64,000 bases of DNA. It comes from Azolla caroliniana. Its lineage: Eukaryota; Plantae; Polypodiophyta. Position numbers and translations under genes: made by a program. A model generated the notes under the pieces. It was not told the DNA's origin and made no database searches. It was given only the letters and a program-made list of their open reading frames with translations. The stretch is from assembly GCA_043228905.1 (NCBI GenBank), contig JBHGNT010000001.1, positions 10,850,001-10,914,000 of the forward strand, read 5' to 3'. This document shows, one piece after another, positions 24,163 through 36,005 of the stretch (the stretch's first letter is position 1; every line of letters begins with the position of its first letter).

Positions 24163-26649
24163 CTTTGTGTGTAGGAAAAACTTGTCAACCCCAATGTTGT
24201 AAAGCCACATTATTTAGGAGGAAAACTATTGTTGTGCATGAGTGAGTTCTTACCATAATATCAGTGTTAAACCCATTGCTTGATACTTACACTAACAAGC
24301 TTAAGTTTTTTACATGTAAGCTTTACAATTACATTGTTTTTCTTTTATGTAGTTTAATGCTTTTGAATTTGTATAAGCTAAACCTAATGAGCCTATAATC
24401 CTTGTTTAGTGGAGACTTCCACAAACCATCGATGTTAAATAGGCTTGCGTTTACATCATGTGGTAGCTTCTATTGACTTGTGTATTGAGGTATTTATTTT
24501 ATTAAACTATAGAGAACATATCAATCACTTATTTTAGTTACCCACTCATTTGATTAATTATATAGGTTGGAGGTCATATTTCCACCTTGACACACACTTC
24601 CTTACGTCTTAAAATAGGTGTAATCAAACATGGCTTTTGACCTTGTTGTTTAGAAAACATTCAAGCTTTGTGTTGTTCGTTAATGTTATTCTTTCAAAGA
24701 CCTACATCCTTGCAACAAATGTCAAGCCCATGTTTCTAAAAAAATTATTCTATATGGTGGTTCACTTGTAGTAGAAATCATATTTTATTTACAATGCACT
24801 AAGTAATGTCTTTGTAGAAATATGTTTTTGTTTAATAATCCTTTTCACATTTTTTAAATCCATGGTTAATATAATGTAAAGCACAAAGTAACCTTGCTCT
24901 TCTCCAAACCCCATCAATTTCTACCCAAACATGGGCCCTAAATAGAAAAGGATTACTAGATAAAGGAACATACGTCTTATTTGTAGTATTGGCTCAAAAA
25001 GAGTGTGAAGAGATGAGTCAAAAAGTGTAAGGCAAAAAGAAAGATGCCTATATGCCATCTCTTATTGGTGCATATGGATGGTGCATGATAAATGTTAGAG
25101 AGATGAGTTAGGATGTGTAAGACGTAAAGATAGATGTGATGTGCCATTTCTATTAGTGCATGGAAGATGACTTTCCACGCAAGAAAAATGTCTTGAAGTC
25201 ATGATTGTTCCACGAGTCTACATTGAGAAGTGTATCTTCTCATCTCAAGCGTACATTTCTCTCAATGCATTTCATTTCGAAACTCATATCTTTAGCTTGC
25301 TTTGGATTTTGCTTCCACATCATTACGCCTCATATAGTAAGACATATTTCCACGCAAGAAAATATCTAAAAGTGATGATTATGCCACGAGTCTACAAGGA
25401 AAAGAGCTTAGGACAATTTCCTTTTTATTAGTGTTTCCATCTCAAGCATTCATTTCTCTCAACATATTTCATCTATAAGCTCACAATCTTTAGTTTGGTT
25501 GGAATTCTATCTCCACGTCATTGAAAGTCATATTGTATTTATTGGTAAGAGGGGTTAGTTCATTTTTATATTTTCTAACCTCTTGAAATCCGTATGGCCA
25601 AATTTTTTTATACAAGATGCCTTGCCTCATCATGTAGATTTGCCTATTGACTCATTTTTGACATATTAAAAGATTTCTCCATTGAATTCTTCTAAACGCT
25701 TAAGATCAGTTGCATTGTTAATTGTAAATTGTTGACGTTCAAACCTTCAACCCCATATATGCCAACTATTAACATGCTCATAGGAATGTGCTGGTCATGA
25801 TCTTGATTTGTTGTATTGTTGACCTATCTCTCGCCAAATCAAATAAAGTAATTTGTTAGTGCCATATGCATTTAGATGTCATGATCTGGATCCGTTACTA
25901 CTCTTGGCTCTTGAGCAACAACTAGCATAAACATGATATAAGTTTTATTTCTATGGACATACAAGGTTAATAGCTTCACATCATGTTGGTACCTAATGGC
26001 TTGTTTCTTTCCCTATCAACTTAAACAAATCTGATGGCTTTTGCAATTTTTCTTCAGAAATTTATTTATTTTTCCAAAAAAACACTACTTCGCATTAGTT
26101 AGCAAACAATTACATCATAGACCACCAAAAATTCAGCAACCCTCACTCTCGCCTTCTCACCAAAGTGGACATAGTCCCCACCTCATTTACAACAAAAGTA
26201 TCCACAACTCCTACACCCTAGTAATTTGTACCATATCTATACATAGTAATTTTTCTTCAGAATTGTAGTTCATTTTAAAGTCTAACATTTCTTCCGAGTG
26301 ACATTGAATTATTTTAAATGTTTGACAGAATGGATTTTGAAGTATTTATTTTCAAGGGTGAAAATTTGTAGATCATTCAATATACAAAGTTCCTTCATTA
26401 CTTGGCTTTTTGTGAACAATAAAACTTTCTTTCATGTTGTGGGTCACAAAAAATTCTACTTGGATAGTAAACAATTAGATAAATTTCTCCACGTCCAAGT
26501 CTCTCAATTAAGGCACATATAATCTAGCCTCTCTCATGGTTTACATTATAGCATCATAGTCATAAATTCGAGAGACCAAAGTTCGATCCTTGCCATGGGC
26601 TAGATCCTATCTCTTAGATCGTTATTGGTCTCCCATGGACGGTAAAAAG

Positions 26650-26718
<69 letters not shown>

Positions 26719-26719
26719 G

Positions 26720-27110
26720 CGTGGGAATCTTTAGCTATGGTGTTTCATGATCATCTTTAGAGATACATGGAAGAACTCAAGGTACCAAGTGAATATGCCC
26801 TTCCAATTTCTTGAATATGTGAAAAGGTAATATACCATGCGAGTATAGGGAATGAAGTTTCAAATTTGTTCACTAGCACAATTGGGTATTAAGCATGGAT
26901 GCCCACCTTCACCAACTCTCTTTGGTTTTGTATGTGGGTGAATTCGAACAAATGTTCAAAGATTTTGTATAGCAAGAAGGCATTGAAAAATTTGCCGATG
27001 ATGAAGTTATGTTTTTTCAAATGCTTTATAAGGCACCCAAAAGCTTATGAATGTATTGGAAAACTTTTGTGAGTATAGTAAATTGAACGACATTAAGACT
27101 TTGACACAAT
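26720..27110 (+). mobile_element. Old degenerate RTE-type LINE RT fragment
   Basis: attgggtattaagcatggatgcccaccttcaccaactctctttgg resembles the GVKQGCPLSPTLFG segment of the younger copy at 27467; follows (TC)n(TA)n. Confidence 0.7.
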
Positions 27111-27270
27111 GTGTTGGCTTCAACCACAATCAAGTTTGCTTTCCACTTATTGGCAATGTGTCCACTTCATACAAACAATCCTCTGATATTCACAATGTGC
27201 ATTCTTGATTGTGAAGTTTGTTAGTAAAATTCTAGAGCATAGCTCATATTTGAAAGGATAATAGTAAAAC

Positions 27271-27434
27271 TTTTTTTTCTTTATTGTAATCAGCTTACCC
27301 TAGTGGTAAGTTGTTACACTATAAGGACTATGTCTTGGGTTTGAAACCTAACTTCTTGACCTCTCTATTACATACTTCTTACATATCCTCTTCTTGGTCT
27401 CCATTGGGAAACCTTACCAATTGAGCTACATCCA
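27271..27434 (-). repeat. tRNA-derived SINE-like repeat, inverted copy of 29382-29590
   Basis: Reverse complement tggatgtagctcaattggtaaggtt..ccaatggagacc and cttatagtgtaacaacttaccactagggtaagct match 29382-29590. Confidence 0.7.
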
Positions 27435-27466
27435 TATGGACTCTCTCTCTCTCTCTCTCTCTCTCT

Positions 27467-28891
27467 ATTGGTGTTAAGCAAGGATGCCCACTCTCACCAA
27501 CATTATTTGGTCTATGCATTGATGAATTAGAAGAAATGGTTACCAAGTTTGTAAAGGAAGAATGTGTTGAAGAAGTTGCCATTGGGAATGCTGTGATTAT
27601 GCTTTTGTTATATGTGGATGATGTAGTGTTTTTTGCAAATACTTCAGGAGATGCACAAAAGCTTATTAAGGCATTGGAAATATTTTGCATGCATACTAGA
27701 TTAAGTGTCAATAGCTCTAAAACAAAGATTATGCTTGTGAAAAGTCAAAAAAGAGATAAACCATGCATTATGTACAACAATGAGCCACTTGAATGTGTGG
27801 AAAGCTTCAAATATCTTGGCCTTAAAGTGCCTTCAAATCATAAATGGAATGAAAGTGCTACACACCGCTTAGAGGCGGGTAAGCGAGCATATGCATGCAT
27901 TTGAGAACACATGCAATCTTGGAGATATTAAGTGTTGGGTCCTCAAGAAATATATTTTTGACACTTTGGTGACCCCAGTTCGTCTTTATGGGGTGGAAGT
28001 ATGGGGCGGTAGCATCCCAAAATCTACGTGGAAAGAGTTTGAAAATGTCCAAAAACATTTTCTTACAAAGTTTCTACAAGTTAAGAAACAAACGCCCTAC
28101 ACCCTCCTCCTCCTTGAGATGGGATCACTTCCCATTGAGGTCATGGCCATGGAAAGGGTTGTTGAATACATGCATAAGGTTCAAAAAAGCCCCTCACATC
28201 AACTTCCTAGATTTGCATGGGAAGCAAGCAAAAAGATCCAAAAGACGCATAAAAGCAAAATTTTGTGTTCTGGTTGGATGGAAGATTTAGAAAAATGGTT
28301 TGGTAGATGGGATGCAAGACACTTGCTTCATGATGCGTCACTAGATTCCTCTGTAAATGAGGCCTTTTTGCAACGCCAATGTATCATGACATGGGACAAA
28401 TGTGGTGGCTCATGCTTCACACATTATACTACAAATGTTGCACCTAACTACAAAACCATATTCTTCGCGGAACGGGGAAACCGTACACATCGATACATGT
28501 TAGAGCCCATCCTGATATTTGCCATTCGAACCATTGCTTCCATGAGACTTAGCTCGTACGCATTGAGATGTGAGACGGGGCGTCGGGGCACAAGTGATGA
28601 GAGTGGCTGACTATGCCCACTTTTCCCTAAACAAGTTCGAGAGTCTGAGTATCACACTTTGATACAATGCTTTGCCTTTGATCATATTCGATCGTGCTTT
28701 CCACATCTCTTTGATTGAGCCCAATCCTTGCATGAATTTCTCTCACAGCCACGATGTGCACTCTCGATTGCAACATTCATTGGTAAAGTTCTTGAACATC
28801 GAGAGTCGCTACTCACCTTCACACGTATCATGTGAAATGTAATATTTTTGGTCTCATAGGTCATATTTGACCTCCGAATACGATAATATAA
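27467..28891 (+). mobile_element. 5'-truncated RTE-like LINE (RT C-terminal half), flanked by (TC)n on both sides
   Basis: IGVKQGCPLSPTLFGL, LLYVDDVVF, LSVNSSKTKIM, LECVESFKYLG, LYGVEVWG, LRCETGR, followed by a Cys/His remnant; one frameshift at ~27895. Confidence 0.92.
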
Positions 28892-29237
28892 TCTCTCTCT
28901 CTCTCTCTCTCTCTCTAATTCTTATTTTAAACAAATATGAGGAAAAGTAATGTTAAACCACGTGTTTAATTTTATCAACCATGGATTGGGGTTCAAATTT
29001 CATGGTTGCAGCTTCCAGACTTCATTGAGAGACTTGACCTATTGAGTAGGCCGTAGTATACATCCCTCTCTTTCAAATTTAGAAAAAACCATGACAAAAA
29101 GAGTTAGTAAACGTATCATTAGGGTGAGTCCGGGTAATATCAAGTTACTTCACATAGTGAGATAGAAGCCCTTTAGTCCCATATCAAAAACCAAAAAGTG
29201 TGTGTGTGTGTGTTTGTGTGAGAGAGTTTTGCCCAAA

Positions 29238-29590
29238 TGGATGTAGCTTAGTTAGTAAGGTTGCCCAATGGCGACTAGTATGTCATGGTTTCAACCCATA
29301 CGTTCCAAAGTGTCATCTAATGAATTAAGAGATATGTATGAACTAATAGAGAGGTGAGAAAATTTGGGTTTCGACCCGAGGTGGATGTAGCTCAATTAGT
29401 AAGGTTGCCCAATGGAGACTAGGAGGTCATGGGTTCAACACCTACGTTCCGGAGTTTTGTCTACTGAATTAAGAGATATGTATGAAGTAATAGAGTGAAG
29501 AGAAAATTTGGGTTTTGAACCCAAGATGTAGTGCTTATAGTGTAACAACTTACCACTAGGGTAAGCTAATTACAATTAAAAAACAAAAAG
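29238..29590 (+). repeat. tRNA-derived SINE-like repeat, 1.7 tandem copies
   Basis: A-box-like TAGCTCAATTAG and B-box-like GGTTCAACACC at 29382-29445, with a degenerate copy at 29238; A-rich 3' end. Confidence 0.65.
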
Positions 29591-32500
29591 AATGTTCACC
29601 CAATCATAATATGATAAAGCGAGATCATGAATATTTTAAAAAATTGCCCACATTTTGTATAGATTTTTTAAGTCACTTTACTTTTTATTATACTTAGTCT
29701 AGATTTTGAATGCCATCAAATATACAATTCTTAGAATAGAGACTAGATTAAGTAAACTCTATTTATATGATGCAAGTACAAAGTGGATATGATGATTATG
29801 CTATATATAGATAAGAACAACTTATGGATATTTAGAGTCTTTGGATAAGGGCTCAACCTGCATAATTTGTTATCTTGTAATTAATGGGTATGTGTTCTCA
29901 TAGAATTTCTCGAATATAAGATTACCCTTCTTGTCCATGGCAACTTGTAAAATCTAGGATGGCCTACATCAAGAACCATGGGTGGATATGGATAGAAATG
30001 CCATATGCAATATATGAAAACCATTGACTTGGTGGAAAATTGAGTTAATATGAATATGGAAGAGTTTGTTTAGCAAGGAGCATGTCTTCTTGGCGAGGTG
30101 TTTGCTTAGAGTATTATACTTGAGAACAAATTGATCAAGATTGGATAATATTACTTGCCACAAGCACACAATGTAGGCACACTAATGAAAGCATGCTATA
30201 TTTGTAGCGGAATTGTTCATCCACCCATACTTCTCTACTACTACAAACAACAACAATGCTTACAATTAAGGTTTGTTGGTCATTGCCATAGTTTCAGCAA
30301 GATGTTTTGGATAGAACCATATGCAACTTCTTTGAATTGGGTCATAATTTCACCTTGAATGTAAGGAGATGTTAGTCACATGTAATATGATGTATTCCAA
30401 AAAACTTTGTATTCCATCAAACAAAAAAATTTCATCAAGCATATGAGATGTATCAAAATGTTGACAATGTAATGTGTGTCTGTACTTAAATACATTCCAT
30501 TAGATTATCCATTCATCAAGTGCATGAGACACATTGAAGTATGAAAATGTTATTCAAGTATGATTGCATTTGAGTTGGGTCCTAATGTGGGTTGCGTGGA
30601 ACAAAACAACACAAACAATCCGTTGCTTAATAATGGTAGCTGAGCAAAAGTATGAAATTGTCGAGGATATTCATCAACCTCAATTCTAGTTTGGGTTTCT
30701 CAAATCTAATATGTAACAACGCTTGGTTATTAATGTCTCAAGGTACAACTAACCCAAAAAATGCCAATTATTAGAATTAGATAGATATTTCCCATCTAGG
30801 ATTACGACTTCAAATCTCATTGTAGTACTACAAGAGCTATAATGGTATGGCAATTGAATGCGTACTTGAAATAGTTGTGAATAGTCACTACACTTATAAT
30901 GTTAAATTAGACTTGCAAAAAGTTTAAGATTAAACATATAACCAAATATTTCAATGAAAAATACACCTGATCTTCTACTTAAACGGAAGTTCTAAATTTT
31001 AGGCACTTTGCGGAAGGAAAAAGCTATTATGTTTAGCTATGTGACATCGCAAAATTAAGATAAACCATAAAGAAGTTATTGCATGTACATATCTCCGTGT
31101 GTGATTTTTTTGTGTAGAAACATCACAATATGCACTTTATTCATTTGTAAAATCAAAAAACCTAACCAATGTTTCCCAAAATAGCAGAATTATTTTGAGC
31201 AAAAATGGAATAGTCCTCTCTTACTTACAAACACAATAATATCAACCACAAAGTAATAAATGTAATAGACCTACGGGTAGCTATAAATATGATAATTAGA
31301 TATTGGGTTATCAAACAATGCTAAAAAAACAAGTTTCTCAACCTCAAAAGCTTTTCAAATTATGCTCCTTAAAACAAAACTGTTGCTTTGAGGAAGGTGG
31401 ATAGTTGGAGAGATTGAAGGTAGTTTGTTTTCCATATTGTGTCACTTGTGCACAAATATTGTAACAATAAAGATGGTCATATCATTGAAAACCAAAGCAA
31501 ACATCTTTTCATATGAAAGGAATGAGATATCAAAGTAAATTCCCACCCAACATGGTGACACCACTTAAATCTGAGGGTTTAGCTATTGGCCAAGGTGTAA
31601 GGAAGGTATTATGGCTATGAATTCCAGTAGAGCTCCTATAAGCCACAAAAAAAATTTATTTGTGGTCCCAAAAATGGAGTACAAATTGGTATTCACAATT
31701 GTTTTGGTTAGAAGGTAAGAAAAGAGTTATGGCTCATCTCATGATTCATGACTCTTGGTAAAGGTTTTCTGATCCACAAATATATAATGTGTGGGATACA
31801 AACTTTGGCCAGGGTAGAAACAAATTATATGGAACTTTATGGTTCAATCCAACAACTCACATTTTTATGACCAATGGAAAATGTAATCATCTTCATATTA
31901 TTTCAAAGGTCACATTTCAAAACCAATAAAGTTTGAAGATCCTAAGATAATGATCATATGGAGAAGTGATGAATAATTGTACACTTGGATAAAAACTAAT
32001 AACATCAAGCATTTGCATAATGGACTATATAAAATGGCATTTTAATATGTGGGTAGAGGCTTATGACCATGCTATCATGGTTAGACATGCCATGTTTAAC
32101 ATCATGACCATGTAAAAAAAAAGTTTGCATGCTATATATTAGAACATGATGAGTGCTATTTCTAGGCATTGCAAGGACAACTTTTATCAAGGGAAAATTT
32201 TCAACCCCAAGGTACAAAAGAAGGGAAGTTGCCTATCTTAACTTAGTTTAGAAAGGAAGAAAAACACGAGATAAAGGCTCATAAGTTATAACATATGAAA
32301 CAAATATCACATCAAGAATATTTGGGACTACAAAAACTTGTAAAAGTTATTTATAAATTCTTTCCTCGATTCTTAGGAGCAATAGAAACTCTGTTTGTGT
32401 ACAATATCACATCAACATAAATACATCCATAATTTGGGACAGGAATTAGTAAAAGATCATTAGTAAATTCTTTCCTCAATTCTAAGGGGCAGTGAATCAT

Positions 32501-32725
32501 ACAAGGACTTACATGGGCAGTATTGAATAAACATAAGCATATCCATAATTTCACAAGATTCCAATGGAGATGGCAATGCTAATAATGGAAAAGTAAATTT
32601 CAGGTTTGGATGAACACAGCTCACATTCAAAGTGATAAATTTCAAAGATAAAGTAGTCATTAAGAATGTGTAAAATTCAAAATTTCAATCATTCCTTAGG
32701 AGCAAAAGCATCTTGAGAATAGGAT

Positions 32726-35700
32726 TCACTGCATTGAGACATCTTCATTTGAGATTATTTGGACATCTGTAAAGCATAAATTGCATAGTTTAATTGGATT
32801 TCAATGAAATGGGCAAAAGATTTACCTCACATTTTCTATCCTTTTGGCACAAGTCAAACTAACAGGAGGAAAATAACTTTGAAATATCGCTGGCCTTTGC
32901 TTTATTTCCACAAATGTCACTAAGTCATCATCCCCCCCCCCCCCTCCAGAAGATAATAGTAAATTTGTTCTCTTCTCCTTATTGAGAAATAGAGGATGAG
33001 TTGAAGAAATAATTTCTCAATAAGAAGAAGAGGATAAATTTACTATATCTTCTGGGGGCGGTATGAAAGCATTTGGGATAATAAAGAAAATCTCAAGTAC
33101 TTTGGGTCTTTTCCTTGAGACAATTCCAATTCCCATATGAATCTAATTAACACATCATAATACCTTGTTTCTTAGACTTCTTGAGCATCAGCTTTGCCCT
33201 TTTCTTTACTGATATCCGCATAGCTTGCTTCTCCACATCACCATGAGATCGAGCTTCCGGTTCATTATCTGGAAAGGAGAACTTACAACATAAGTTCATT
33301 ATTGCTTTATGAACTTCCATACCATTTGAAGAGAAGTTTTAGTTCATCATACCTGCTGCCATCATTTCAATATCCTGCATACTCACCAAACCACTCTCCA
33401 AGGCATCTTTTTGAGCCTGTTGCAAAACATAGATCCAACTTTAAGCAGAGATCATATAAAGAGAGAAATCATTTTTATGGGAAATAAAGCTCACATACTA
33501 GTCATAAGGGTTTCATAGGGCCAAAAGGCCCAAACCCCCTAGATTTTAAAAATATTGACCAGAATATCCTTCTGTAGTAGTAGATTTTGTACAATAGAGG
33601 GTTCAGGCAACCTTGAAAATTTAGGGGTACTTTGGTAGCTATATGATAAGTCGGGAATATTTTAGTGTTTTTGCCTTTACTGTACAATAAAAGAAGCTTG
33701 AAAAACAAACCAAATGTGTCAAAGAACATATGCGACATGAGTGCAAGTAGCAAACGGTAACAGTTAGGGAATCTAAAACTCAAATCAATTAAAAAGATTG
33801 AGAAGAACTGTTTCAGCAAAATATTTGCTAACAAGGAATATTGAAAATCATCAGCTTTAAAATATGTTGTGGTTCATAATTTTCATGTCAATTTATATTA
33901 TAAAAATAACAAATTATTAGCCATTTATGCCGTTAAGCCAACACGTGCTTGGAATTAAGATGATTAAACTGCAGTTTCCAGCTTCATAAACTGTAAACCA
34001 TTAAAATCAAAACAAATTAAAAAAGAACCAAACTGAGCAATTAATCCTCCCAAACTGAGTAAAGAGTTTTCTAGTTTTGGAGCTTAAACTGAAACAAGTG
34101 AAAATTATTTAAGCTGTTAACCCATGCTTTGATGGTTCCGTTTTGGCTAAAACCGTTGCTAATCTCTAAATTCAAGTGCCTCTTGCTTGACCATCCAGAA
34201 ACTTAGTTATTCCGTCATGCCTAGCATGCATGGCTTATATCATCATTCCCAGTCACAGTCAATAAATACTTCTTTATAAGATTAAATTATTTTGGGCTTC
34301 CAAATTAAGTAAACATAGGACAATGTGTGTAAGAGATGATAAAATAAGTTACGCGATACAATGCATGCCAAAGTATCAAATGGGCTTTTCATCATCTGTA
34401 ATCTGCCACACTTATGAGACAATTTGGGAAGGGAGCAAAAAACCTTTCAGGGTGAGCCCTTTATCATACAACTTTGAGTGTAGTAATGGTTGGCCTTATC
34501 TTTGTCCATTGTGAGGCATACCAAGATACAGATGTTCAGGTGTTGGTACTCTGGATGGATGAAGATACCAAATCTCCTTCCAAAGCTCGGGTGAGTAAAC
34601 GAGGCCGACTAAGGAATAATAAAAACGCAAAAAAACATTAAAATATCTGTTTTCAACATAATATGAGATATTAATGAGTTTTATTCCCTTTTATTATTCC
34701 TTACTTTATTCCCTTGTCCTTCTGATCATAACATGGAATGGTCATTTTGGTTTTCCAAAGTTTCTGAAGTGCATCCCACATAACCACATATATCTCAGTG
34801 AGTATACCTTTGTTCACTCAGTTCATGCATAGCATGGACAAGATGTTGTAGTATGAAATAGATGAAATTCCCAGCTGGAATCTGAACTGAGGGACCTATA
34901 TAGCAAGCCCCCTCTCAATAATATCGTAGTGATATCGACTTGTCTACATCATTGGCTATATCTATTAGTTATAGACTATAGTCATGTTCGCATGACAAAG
35001 GTCACTCTATCGGTCATCAACAATGAACTGTATTGTTGAAATATATGAAGTCATAGTATCGACTCTAGTCACCAATTCCAAAGCATAGATGAAGATTTGT
35101 TGTATCTTCTACCGTTCATCCAGAATGAGCTCTAAAGTCGCAACATTTAATGTTATGAGTACCTCTTAGTACTCTAAACCATTGCTCCATTTCCAGCTAT
35201 TCAACTCAAGAGTTGCAGAACCTCAGCTAAGTTCAGCTCATGCAACGGAACTTTCACAAAGCAGATGAAGAACAGTAAAAGAAGAAACAATCAATAAGTC
35301 ATGGCATCCCCAGGATCGAAACGTAGTAGAATGAACACTGTACTAGAAAGAACAAAGAATGTAGTAATGCATACCTACAGCAAATGCGAGCAAAAACTGT
35401 ACAAGAGATGGAGAAGAATATACCAGGCTTCTTTTCTAAATGATCATTTATTAGAGCTCGACCTCAAAAGGAAAGAATGCAACAAAATAGAAACAAAAAC
35501 GGGTACCTACAGGGGGAGGAGGGCAATCTCAAGAAGAACAAGGAGAACAACAACAAACACTAATTTGCAGAAAGAAAGAAGAGCTTTCAGAAGAGAAGAA
35601 GAAGAGCATACCCGCCGCCACTTCTTCAGAGCCTTTCTCTGCCGCTTGCCAGAGATGGCGAGGTTCGGGGGATTGAGAGGGAGCTTGAGGGAGTTGTTAC

Positions 35701-35782
35701 CGGACCTGAGGCGGCGATGGCTGGCTCGTTTAGCGCGTCTGTCCTGGAGCAGACTACGACGGGCTTGATTGAACTTGTTCAT
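32726..35782 (-). CDS. Small basic conserved protein, C11orf98/Alb1-like (putative pre-60S factor), 4 exons
   Basis: Exons 35782-35612, 33416-33353, 33268-33164, 32766-32726 with in-phase GT-AG give MNKFNQARR...LAISGKRQRKALKKWRR|AQKDALESGLVSMQDIEMMAA|D...MRISVKKRAKLMLKKSKKQ|DVQIISNEDVSMQ*. The last exon is the least certain. Confidence 0.8.
32946..33056. repeat. Intronic hairpin / MITE-like inverted repeat
   Basis: ccagaagataatagtaaatttgttctcttctccttattgagaaat pairs with atttctcaataagaagaagaggataaatttactatatcttctgg; ~21-nt loop. Confidence 0.85.
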
Positions 35783-35804
35783 GGCGCGAGGGGCGACGAC
35801 CAGG

Positions 35805-35813
35805 AAACCCTAA
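35805..35813. promoter_or_regulatory. Telo-box (AAACCCTAA) just upstream of the ATG
   Basis: Exact motif; telo-boxes are typical of plant translation and ribosome-biogenesis genes. Confidence 0.5.
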
Positions 35814-35903
35814 TATGTATGGGTTTAGCTCTGTAGCTCTGTCTCTGTCTCTGAGTGAAGGCCAAGGGGGTGTAGAAAGAAAGGAGTAATACTTTAGATG
35901 TCC

Positions 35904-35934
<31 letters not shown>

Positions 35935-36005
35935 TGTATGTATGTATGTAGGTATGTATGTAGATGTATGTATGTATGTATGTATGTATGTATATATGTA
36001 TGTAT

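Noticed and set aside
27271-29590. Composite DNA transposon carrying a LINE between TIRs
   Set aside because: No TSD was seen, the arms differ by an internal deletion, and the right arm is tandemly duplicated. Independent repeat copies are the simpler explanation.
29238-29590. Functional tRNA genes here or at 1262, 3691 and 26560
   Set aside because: Acceptor and anticodon stems do not pair properly; only box-like motifs remain.
29900-32000. Possible ancient hAT or gypsy remnants (also ~15000-16000, ~40900-41700, ~60150-60700)
   Set aside because: Too degenerate to assign without alignment.
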